IMG/VR virus record: IMGVR_UViG_3300048691_000212
Direction: 5' to 3' (one strand)
Origin: an uncultured virus (IMG/VR IMGVR_UViG_3300048691_000212)
Lineage: Duplodnaviria; Heunggongvirae; Uroviricota; Caudoviricetes
DNA length: 20,000 nt
Shown: positions 9,273 through 16,453 of the stretch, in pieces
Layout of the letters: each line of letters opens with the position of its first letter
Numbering within the stretch: the stretch's first letter is position 1
The notes under the pieces: model-generated
The model's database searches: none
The model's input: the letters and a program-made list of their open reading frames with translations, nothing else
Told to the model about the DNA's origin: nothing
Position numbers and translations under genes: made by a program

Positions 9273-9482
9273 TTAATAAGCGAAGAACTCCGAATCAAAA
9301 ACAATCTCTTGGACTTTGTCGTTGAGTTCAGAAAGAGACAAAGTCAGTTCTTTGGATGGTTCTTGTGGAATGTTGGTGACGTTGAAAGGAATGCCTTTAT
9401 CACGCACCAGCGCTTTAGCTTGAGTAACAGCATCAGCCACGGAGTACTTCTTTACAGTACGTTCAGAAAAGGTGTAGTTCAT
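9273..9482 (-). CDS. Small hypothetical protein
   Basis: 69-aa ATG ORF filling the gap between co-oriented genes. Confidence 0.65.
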   Translation of the reverse strand: MNYTFSERTVKKYSVADAVTQAKALVRDKGIPFNVTNIPQEPSKELTLSLSELNDKVQEIVFDSEFFAY

Positions 9483-9503
9483 TTAAGTTTGAGAGTTAGG
9501 TTT

Positions 9504-9974
9504 TTATGTCGCAGCTGTATTAGTTTTTTGCGTTAAAAAAAAATCACAGACTTCACCAACTGGGACAGGACTTCCTCGTTCTTCCAAAATTTCTTCTAGT
9601 GTTTGAGGCTGAATCTTTTTAAGAATACCAGTCACGCAAAAATCTTTGGAAAGAAGATTAGCTAAACGTTGTGCTTCTTTCTCAGCTTCTTCAAATGTTT
9701 TATGTACCATTGGCTTAGTGCTAAAGAAAGGTTTCCAACCATCTCTTAACGCACCAACAACAAAAGAACGTTTATGTACTTTGTAAGAAAAGTTACTTTC
9801 TTTAATGGATTTTACACTGAACTTGTGTGCTCTTTTATAAGCAGCCCAAGCTATTTCTACATGTGAAAATTTATAACCACCGTCTTTAGCGTGCGACACA
9901 TCGGCACCAGGACTAAAAAGAATGTAAAACTTTTCAAAGTCCTCACGGAGGGTAAGGTCATTTTTTCTAGACAT
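9504..9974 (-). CDS. Phage hypothetical protein
   Basis: 156-aa ORF; PMVHKTFEEAEKEAQRLA resembles a motif common in small phage proteins (from recall). Confidence 0.75.
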   Translation of the reverse strand: MSRKNDLTLREDFEKFYILFSPGADVSHAKDGGYKFSHVEIAWAAYKRAHKFSVKSIKESNFSYKVHKRSFVVGALRDGWKPFFSTKPMVHKTFEEAEKEAQRLANLLSKDFCVTGILKKIQPQTLEEILEERGSPVPVGEVCDFFLTQKTNTAAT

Positions 9975-10381
9975 TTAATTTCTTTCAAAAATTTTGAGTG
10001 CAGCGTTACGCATTTGAGCCAAAGACATGTTGCGCTCTCCCGATAGTATTCCTGTTGCCAGAAGCTTTACACCTCTTTCATTAGCAATAGATTTTGCTTC
10101 ATCCAAACATCTTTTTGAGAATAGATTTTTGCACCCTTAATAGCAAAAACTGCAATAGCTCTACGAGCAGCTTTGCAGTCGTCACTAATAACAGAAATAG
10201 TTACATCTCCATCGCTTTTGTGCACAATGCCGATTGTACCTTGTGGAATAAAAACAATGTCTCCTTCTGAAGTACTCGGTGTGTTGTGGCGAATAAACGA
10301 TTCACCAGGGCGAAGAATTTGTCCATTCTCAGCTAGTGGCAAACTAGCCATTTGGCGAACGCCTTGTGTTGCAAATTTCAT
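9975..10381 (-). CDS. Hypothetical protein, apparently frameshifted: 104-aa ORF 10067..10381 plus a -1 frame tail ending at 9975
   Basis: AGGA RBS before ATG 10381; -1 frame open 10136-9978 and ending TAA-ATG directly on the next gene. Confidence 0.55.
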
Positions 10382-10416
10382 TTCTTTTTTCCTAAATAAA
10401 AAATATTTTTTTATTA

Positions 10417-10453
10417 TAATACCCTAACACCAGTTTATAGTGTTAGGGTATTA
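10417..10453 (-). terminator. 14-bp perfect hairpin; terminator or processing site
   Basis: TAATACCCTAACAC-cagtttata-GTGTTAGGGTATTA, 2 nt after the stop of 10456..10728. Confidence 0.65.
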
Positions 10454-10455
10454 AT

Positions 10456-10728
10456 TTATTCCAGATCCAAATAGCGATCAAGTTGATCCATTAAATCATC
10501 TATTTGAGAATTGCAGAGGTGGGCTTTCTTTACCTCACAATCGAGTTGTTCAACAAGGTTATTTAACAGCTTGTTTGGTGTTTCACCTGAGCGCTCAATT
10601 ATAGCTACCCGCAAAGCTTTCAGACGAAGAGGTCGAATCTGGTTTTCCAGTTTACGTTTCTCTTCGTAGAGCTCTGTTAACTTACTAACAGATAAGTTTG
10701 CTTCCATGGTTATCTGAAGTTTTATCAC
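10456..10728 (-). CDS. Small coiled-coil-like hypothetical protein
   Basis: 90 aa, GTG start overlapping the upstream stop (GTGA); heptad-like L/E/K pattern. Confidence 0.65.
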   Translation of the reverse strand: MIKLQITMEANLSVSKLTELYEEKRKLENQIRPLRLKALRVAIIERSGETPNKLLNNLVEQLDCEVKKAHLCNSQIDDLMDQLDRYLDLE

Positions 10729-10856
10729 TTAGACAACTCCAGAAACAACAGAACAGCCATACCAACACCAATCACGAGACAAAGAGCAATTTCTTTGCAT
10801 TTTTCAATAACTGCATTTTCACGCACAATGCTTTTGTTTTGTTTCTGGTAGTACAT
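10725..10856 (-). CDS. Small membrane protein, 43 aa, not in the ORF track
   Basis: MYYQKQNKSIVRENAVIEKCKEIALCLVIGVGMAVLLFLELSK*; C-terminal hydrophobic helix; TGA overlaps the next GTG start. Confidence 0.65.
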   Translation of the reverse strand: MYYQKQNKSIVRENAVIEKCKEIALCLVIGVGMAVLLFLELSK

Positions 10857-10929
10857 TTTCTTTTTCTCGAATAACAAAACAACACTTAAATAGGTGTGTT
10901 GATAAACCTTGTGTGTGTTTTTTTTTGGC

Positions 10930-11334
10930 TTAGGGTTTCACAAAACCAACGTGTCTAAACACACTAGTCTTAGATACTGAACCATCGGGCAAAGTAGTTT
11001 CTACAGCTTCACGTTTTGTGAAGCTGTAGACGCAACCAATCCTTTCTCGGCTCAATGCTTTCATAAGGGCATCCATTAACCAAGGTGCCCCACCTATCAT
11101 TGCGTACATAGTGAAATCTTCATTCCCCGCAAACTGCTTTGCCACTGAGGAAGACATAGTAAAGTGCGCCAACTTGGCAGCCATTAGACGCACATCTGCA
11201 CCCGTTGGTAAATCGTCTGCCGTTAGAAGACTACTAAGAACCTTACGTTCTTCAGTAGACAAATCTTTTACCCCGACGGATATCTGCTCAGGGGTGGCGG
11301 CGTGCTGGGTCAGGTTAATATAAATGGTAGACAT
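10930..11334 (-). CDS. Csx20-like protein; candidate cyclic oligoadenylate ring nuclease
   Basis: Strong AGGAG RBS. N-terminal INLTQHAATPEQ, central AMIGG, C-terminal IGCVYSFTKREAVE...DGSVSKTSVFRHVGF match the recalled Csx20 layout. ORF is secure; function is inferred. Confidence 0.55.
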   Translation of the reverse strand: MSTIYINLTQHAATPEQISVGVKDLSTEERKVLSSLLTADDLPTGADVRLMAAKLAHFTMSSSVAKQFAGNEDFTMYAMIGGAPWLMDALMKALSRERIGCVYSFTKREAVETTLPDGSVSKTSVFRHVGFVKP

Positions 11335-11413
11335 GATAACTCCTGATTAATAAAATAACACACAAAGATTTAACTCCACACTAGACACTATTTTTAATGT
11401 CTAGTAGAAAGTT

Positions 11414-11710
11414 TCATTCGATTGTTGGTACCATAGTAGCAGTTTTATAAACCCGCTCAACTGCACTACGGGCTTCGTAAAACTCAAACTCATCTTTAGA
11501 AGCAGCAAACTTCTTAATTTTATCTAAAGCTTTAGGTAGATTTTGCTCTACGTAAAGCTTATAAACATTTTTATGTTGACAAAAGTCCAGTTGAAAAACA
11601 CGAACCAGGTCGTAGGTTTCCATTAAGCTATCAACTTTACGCTGATGGGATGATTTAAAAACACTGGTGACGATGGCAACAAAATTCAAGAAGGCAGTAA
11701 CGATAAACAT
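11414..11710 (-). CDS. Hypothetical protein with hydrophobic N-terminus
   Basis: 98 aa, AAGGA RBS; MFIVTAFLNFVAIVTSVF; first gene after the candidate promoter at 11764-11792. Confidence 0.7.
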   Translation of the reverse strand: MFIVTAFLNFVAIVTSVFKSSHQRKVDSLMETYDLVRVFQLDFCQHKNVYKLYVEQNLPKALDKIKKFAASKDEFEFYEARSAVERVYKTATMVPTIE

Positions 11711-11763
11711 TTTCAGTTTCCTTTGTGGTTAAACAATTGAATTAGTAAGTATATTCTTACTAC

Positions 11764-11792
11764 TCTCACTTTAACCATATGTGACTGAAATA
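11764..11792 (-). promoter_or_regulatory. Candidate phage early promoter, copy 2
   Basis: Minus strand TATTTCAGT-CAC-A-TAT-GGTTAAAG-TGAGA; at the head of the island, just after a terminator hairpin. Confidence 0.55.
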
Positions 11793-11823
11793 ATCTAGAA
11801 TACATAGAAAATAAAGGAACGGC

Positions 11824-11852
11824 ATAAAGCCCTGGATAATCCAGGGCTTTAT
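11824..11852 (-). terminator. 13-14 bp perfect palindrome terminating the endolysin transcript
   Basis: ATAAAGCCCTGGAT-a-ATCCAGGGCTTTAT, 1 nt after the endolysin stop. Confidence 0.75.
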
Positions 11853-11853
11853 C

Positions 11854-12657
11854 TTAAGAATATGAAACTATTGCATCTGCAATTTTTGTATGGTAAGAAT
11901 TAATTTTGTAGCTACTTCCATTGTATCTGTAAGCTATTTGCTCAGCGTCTTCTTTAAGCACGGCTTGGTGAAGTGATCTATTACTTTTGATAAAACCAAC
12001 AATAGCTAAGAATTGATTTTTCTCACTCTCGGCCATAGCAGTTACAAGGTCAGACACATTAGAAAACCCTGCTGTTTCAAAATTGAACCCCATTAACTGA
12101 AACATTCCATAACTAGCTGAGAGATAACCAGCTTCTGCATTAATATTACAAGCTTTTTCTAATCTAATATATTCAGAAGAACCACCAATATAACCACCCG
12201 CTTTTGTATTGCAAATGTCTGGGTTCTTATTCATACAAGCATTTGCTTCTGGAATACTGGTAAGTTCAGCTAAGTACTTGTAGAACTTATGCCTTTCAAA
12301 TAAAATGATAGGTCTTCCATCTGGTTGGAAACCATCGGCTTTACCCTCGACTTGCCTAATGGCTTTCATTACTACACCAGGTAATTCATTTTCTTCACTT
12401 AATTGATCTATATCTGAATCCATTAAGAATCTTAAATCAATTACAGGTCCAAGAATATTGTTTTCTTCTTCTCTATAAACACCAGTTTGTTCTAAACCAT
12501 TTAGTTCTTGAAACTGTAGAATAGCTGATGTCATTTTAGGACCAAATTGACCATCTGTTTTCAATGGATATTTAGTTTGGAGAGCTTCGTTTAAAGCTTT
12601 CTGAACCATTCTAACAGGTTCTCCTGAATCACCCTGATCTAAGTGATAATTAAACAT
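11854..12657 (-). CDS. Modular endolysin: N-terminal peptidoglycan-binding domain plus N-acetylmuramidase (DUF3380-type)
   Basis: PG-binding GDSGEPVRMVQKAL...DGQFGPKMTSAILQFQELNGLEQTG; catalytic AIRQVEG, PIILFERHKFY, SASYGMFQLMGFN, YRYNG; AAGGA RBS. Confidence 0.9.
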   Translation of the reverse strand: MFNYHLDQGDSGEPVRMVQKALNEALQTKYPLKTDGQFGPKMTSAILQFQELNGLEQTGVYREEENNILGPVIDLRFLMDSDIDQLSEENELPGVVMKAIRQVEGKADGFQPDGRPIILFERHKFYKYLAELTSIPEANACMNKNPDICNTKAGGYIGGSSEYIRLEKACNINAEAGYLSASYGMFQLMGFNFETAGFSNVSDLVTAMAESEKNQFLAIVGFIKSNRSLHQAVLKEDAEQIAYRYNGSSYKINSYHTKIADAIVSYS

Positions 12658-12687
12658 TTTATTTCCTTTAAAAAAAAATTACAAAAT

Positions 12688-12732
12688 ATTAACTACCATG
12701 AAAGCTTTTTGAAGGCTTTCATGGTAGTTAAT
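12688..12732 (-). terminator. 18-bp perfect hairpin; probable terminator
   Basis: ATTAACTACCATGAAAGC-tttttgaag-GCTTTCATGGTAGTTAAT; T8 tract downstream on the minus strand. Confidence 0.75.
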
Positions 12733-12741
12733 TATAAGGGA

Positions 12742-13497
12742 TTACAGATTGTAAAAACCTGCAACGCGCTGACGTGCATTTTCTGACCAGTAGTTTGCCA
12801 TTGTGCGATGAAAGTCGATTTGTTTCATCGCTGTTTTACGACCACGAGGATCAGCAGTAGTTTGAATCAAATTCAGAATAGCTAAGAAAGCTTTAGTTTC
12901 GATAGAACCCATGTTGATAGACTCTGTAAATCTAAACAAATGTGTATCGGCGAAAGCACCTTTAGTGTGGGTATGAGCAAAAGTTAAAACAAGACCAAAG
13001 ACTTCGGCAAAGTCATCTGTTTCACTTTCAATCAGGTTACGGATAGTGCGCCACAAAAGCAGTTGAGCACGTGCACCATCCTCAGCTTCAACAGCCATTC
13101 CTGGTTTCATTTTGTCGACGTACATTTCCAAGAAAGCAATAACGGTCTTGGCGCTCAAACTACCACTTTCTTTAGCTTCCTCAACAGGACCTGAAGCAAC
13201 GGCTGTAACGACCACAGGGGTGGGTTCCTGGGGTTGTTGAACTTCTGGTTCTGGCTGTTTTTCTTCTACAGCCAGAACTTTTTCTGTTGGTTCCGAAGCA
13301 CCTGTGGGAGTTTCTTCAGTCGTGGGAGTTTCTGTACCTGAATCTTGTTGAGCAACTTGCTCAAGTGTTTGTTCTTCAGATTTATTCATGTTTTCTTCGG
13401 TTGCGGTTTGCTCAGCCATTGTGTTTCCTTGTGTAGTTTCGTTGGTAGTGTTAGAGGTATTAGCTCTATTTTTATTTCTTGCCATAAATTCTTCCAT
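12742..13497 (-). CDS. Conserved jumbo-phage hypothetical protein with low-complexity E/T/Q/P N-terminus and helical C-terminal domain
   Basis: 251-aa ORF (ATG 13485, with GGAAG upstream, may be the true start); follows the RNAP subunit as in recalled phiKZ gene order. Confidence 0.75.
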   Translation of the reverse strand: MEEFMARNKNRANTSNTTNETTQGNTMAEQTATEENMNKSEEQTLEQVAQQDSGTETPTTEETPTGASEPTEKVLAVEEKQPEPEVQQPQEPTPVVVTAVASGPVEEAKESGSLSAKTVIAFLEMYVDKMKPGMAVEAEDGARAQLLLWRTIRNLIESETDDFAEVFGLVLTFAHTHTKGAFADTHLFRFTESINMGSIETKAFLAILNLIQTTADPRGRKTAMKQIDFHRTMANYWSENARQRVAGFYNL

Positions 13498-13536
13498 ATT
13501 TATTTATAACCAAAATATTAAGTAATAAAGTAATAC

Positions 13537-14865
13537 TTAAGTAATTAAAGTTTTGTAATCCATTTTTTGTGTTTCAAGCGCTTTGGAATGAGCAGCTGAC
13601 ATAAATATCCCTAACATAGCAGAACCGTATTGAGAGACAGCAAGAGATAGACCGTAAGGATTTAAACTTAGTTTACTACCAAGGCAAGCAAAGCAATATT
13701 CTGTTCCGGGTAATTTACAATAAAGTGGAGACCTTACTTTAATTGTTTTACCTAGATATTTGCCCGCATCTTCAGCGGTTACAACAGGGTCAAGACCTTC
13801 AGCGGTTACAACAGTAAAACCAACTATTTTTGCTGTATTGGTTTCACTGATAACCATAGTCTTACCCATAGTAGAACCGCAGTCTTCTTTCTCAGCAACC
13901 AAATTAGTAGATGCTCTCAATAAATCTTTAACAGCCACGCCACCTAATTGTGTTTCCTGTCCACGATTATACGAGCCAGCTCTAAGAGTATTATTCATAG
14001 AAGCAAATTTATTTAACTCCCAGCCTTCTTCTAAAGAACTTTGAATGAGGTCCACTCCCACACCTTTAGATAAACCTGGTTCAGCACCCATCATCAAGAA
14101 CATTTTCTTTCTAACTGTATTTCTCGACTTTTTACTTAGCAGGAAATTCTCACAAGGATCACCCTTTAAATAAGCTGCATCGTAAGCGATTAATTTCTTA
14201 TCAATATTAGCGATTACTTCGGGGTCAAATAGACGATCTTTGTTTTCTTCCAAGAGTTGTTTCTTATATTCTTTAATACCTGGTGGCCCTTTAAGCATTT
14301 TCTCAGTAGCACCCCAGGTACAGAGTTGAGTGAACCCTGTTAGATAAGAAATACTCTCAATAAACCTAAGATATTCACTAACAAAAATAGGGTTAGTATT
14401 TTTGAACTTATTGTCTCTTCCTTTATCACTGGAGTGACCTGGGTCGTTTTCTAATCTTGCAGCAATAATCTTTTCAACATAAGAGACTGATGTTGCCTGA
14501 TTAATGTAATCAATTTTATCACCAAAAATAGAAGAGATAGAACAAATATTAAAAAACAAGTTTCCTGTGGTGGATAACATGTCTTGTTTAATATTTGGTA
14601 GGTCTCCAGCTTTTAAACTAATGGTATCTCTGAAATGAATAATTGGTGTACTTGCTACCGCGTCATCTATTTTGATTAACTCTTTTGGATTATCGGGATT
14701 ACAAAAGAAATGGCCTGCTTGGTTTTGAACTATTCGATAAGCGTAAGGTTTTAATTCCCAAGCTTTGGGGTCTTCTTGAATAAGAGAGAGAACAGAAATA
14801 ACCCAAGCTTTTTTCTTAAATAAACCAGCTTTTAAAGCATTTAGAAAGAAAGTATTTTTATCCAT
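13537..14865 (-). CDS. Multisubunit phage RNA polymerase beta'-like subunit (middle fragment; phiKZ gp80-like virion RNAP)
   Basis: Bridge-helix-like ETQLGGVAVKDLLRAS, beta' zinc site DCGS...VRSPLYC...CFACLG, trigger-helix-like AMLGIFMSAAH; lacks the DxDGD catalytic motif, consistent with a split beta'. Confidence 0.85.
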   Translation of the reverse strand: MDKNTFFLNALKAGLFKKKAWVISVLSLIQEDPKAWELKPYAYRIVQNQAGHFFCNPDNPKELIKIDDAVASTPIIHFRDTISLKAGDLPNIKQDMLSTTGNLFFNICSISSIFGDKIDYINQATSVSYVEKIIAARLENDPGHSSDKGRDNKFKNTNPIFVSEYLRFIESISYLTGFTQLCTWGATEKMLKGPPGIKEYKKQLLEENKDRLFDPEVIANIDKKLIAYDAAYLKGDPCENFLLSKKSRNTVRKKMFLMMGAEPGLSKGVGVDLIQSSLEEGWELNKFASMNNTLRAGSYNRGQETQLGGVAVKDLLRASTNLVAEKEDCGSTMGKTMVISETNTAKIVGFTVVTAEGLDPVVTAEDAGKYLGKTIKVRSPLYCKLPGTEYCFACLGSKLSLNPYGLSLAVSQYGSAMLGIFMSAAHSKALETQKMDYKTLIT

Positions 14866-15739
14866 TATTTTCTTCCTTAATTAATAATCTTCTAGATTGA
14901 AGATATTGTTCAAATTTCACAGCGTGGTAATTGAGCTGATTGGACAGAAAAGAAATAGTTGTAATACTTCCAAATAAATGATCAGCGTGTTTACTAAAAC
15001 ATTCTTGTGGATTATCAACCCCATCCTTAGTCATAGCCAAGAGAGCAAAAATCTCTGCACCAAGTTGTTCAGGATTTACTATGTCATCTAACTTGTGAGA
15101 AATATACGGTAAATATTCTTCAAGTTCAGCACCAATATAAACACCGGCGTCTACAAGCTTTTGTGCAAGAGTTCCATTGAATTTTAAGTATCTTACAACG
15201 TCTCTAAACTTACGTGTACATTTATTACTTATTTCTTTTTGAATTAATTCTTCGGAATTAATTTCTTGCTTCAAATTAAAAATATCTGATATTTTACCGA
15301 TTATTCCAGGATTGATTTTTTCTATGGACATTAGAGCTCTTGACTCTTCCATGGGGGTTACCAGCATTAAAATATTTACTAATTTTTCTTCGCTAGTAAA
15401 ATCACATTCAGTAAATCGGAGTACATCTTCAATACCTGTATAATAAGGTAAGTTTAATATCCCATCAGTGAATTGGTTTAATTCCATTAAACCAGCACCT
15501 TCGCTTAACTCTATTCCATGTTCTTTTAAAACAACACAAAGGGTATTGTAAGCGTGTGATTCAAAAGCAGAGGCTGTCTCTGACGCATCAACATTACCTT
15601 GCTCCATCATGATCTCGTAGAACTTATTAGCATAGCCAGTTATGGCGGCTAGATCTAAAAGACCCAGTGTTTCTAATAAGAGATCGGCTTTATCAGGTGT
15701 ATAACTACTTTTAATGAAAAATTCTAGCCCAGTGTCCAT
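14858..15739 (-). CDS. Conserved hypothetical, probable virion protein
   Basis: 293-aa ORF with AGGA RBS, overlaps the RNAP subunit start by 8 nt. Confidence 0.7.
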   Translation of the reverse strand: MDTGLEFFIKSSYTPDKADLLLETLGLLDLAAITGYANKFYEIMMEQGNVDASETASAFESHAYNTLCVVLKEHGIELSEGAGLMELNQFTDGILNLPYYTGIEDVLRFTECDFTSEEKLVNILMLVTPMEESRALMSIEKINPGIIGKISDIFNLKQEINSEELIQKEISNKCTRKFRDVVRYLKFNGTLAQKLVDAGVYIGAELEEYLPYISHKLDDIVNPEQLGAEIFALLAMTKDGVDNPQECFSKHADHLFGSITTISFLSNQLNYHAVKFEQYLQSRRLLIKEENNG

Positions 15740-15884
15740 GATAATTCCTATTAATATTTTATTTTGCGCCTAAATATATTAGACAAGAGTACAGATTCAT
15801 AAGTGTTTGTCTAAACCAATTGTTATTTATTTAACATCAAAAGATTTACAAACTAAATTTTATTTAACTTCCGGGGTATTAGAT

Positions 15885-16451
15885 ATGACTAAAAAATCAG
15901 CTGGCCGTATTGCGCGAGATAAACTGAAAAAAGAACAAGCTTTGAATATGACTAACGTACCGGTATGGGATGATTTAAAAGTAATGCACGATAACATTGC
16001 TGAAATTTTGGCTACTGAAGGCGGTGGTGTTGCACAGCTTTTCTCTATTCCGGAGATCGTTAGTAAACTGTCTGAACCACTAGAAATTACTAACCGTATT
16101 AAGGCACTTGATTCTGATGTCAATACTTACTGCAATGCGTTAGAAGCTATCTTTGCACAACATAGTGAACGTGTTGGTGACCCTACTGACGCAGACGACA
16201 ATATGTTAGCTATTAACATCGCAGGACAGTACATCAATCTCGAATCAACCTACCGCGCTACAGTGTTTCCTAACATCATGTTCTTGAGCCAAGTAGCTGG
16301 GGACATTGCAGAAGAAGAACGCCAGCGTCAGCTTGCACAAAATACAAATGTAGTTACAGATGTAGAAGTTAAAGAGTCGACTACTTCTACAGAACCTCAG
16401 GTAAATGCTGAAAACGAAACTTTTAACCCAAAGACGGAACAGGTAGAATAA
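15885..16451 (+). CDS. Conserved hypothetical helical protein
   Basis: ORF track starts at TTG 15807; ATG 15885 with GGGG upstream is more plausible (188 aa). Confidence 0.75.
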   Translation: MTKKSAGRIARDKLKKEQALNMTNVPVWDDLKVMHDNIAEILATEGGGVAQLFSIPEIVSKLSEPLEITNRIKALDSDVNTYCNALEAIFAQHSERVGDPTDADDNMLAINIAGQYINLESTYRATVFPNIMFLSQVAGDIAEEERQRQLAQNTNVVTDVEVKESTTSTEPQVNAENETFNPKTEQVE

Positions 16452-16453
16452 CC

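Noticed and set aside
9535..9543. T9 run (minus strand) near the end of ORF 9504..9974 as a frameshift site
   Set aside because: Both shifted frames hit stops within a few codons and do not reach the next gene.
10880..10901. CAACAC-N10-GTGTTG hairpin after the Csx20-like gene
   Set aside because: Only 6 bp with a 10-nt loop; too weak to call as a terminator.
11380..11405. ACTAGACA-N10-TGTCTAGT hairpin after the 98-aa gene
   Set aside because: 8-bp stem without an adjacent U-tract; may be real but not supportable as a feature.
2713..15796. AGTACA shared by the two divergent intergenic regions (about 2715 and 15788) as a middle promoter
   Set aside because: A 6-mer in AT-rich DNA with only two instances; not distinguishable from chance.
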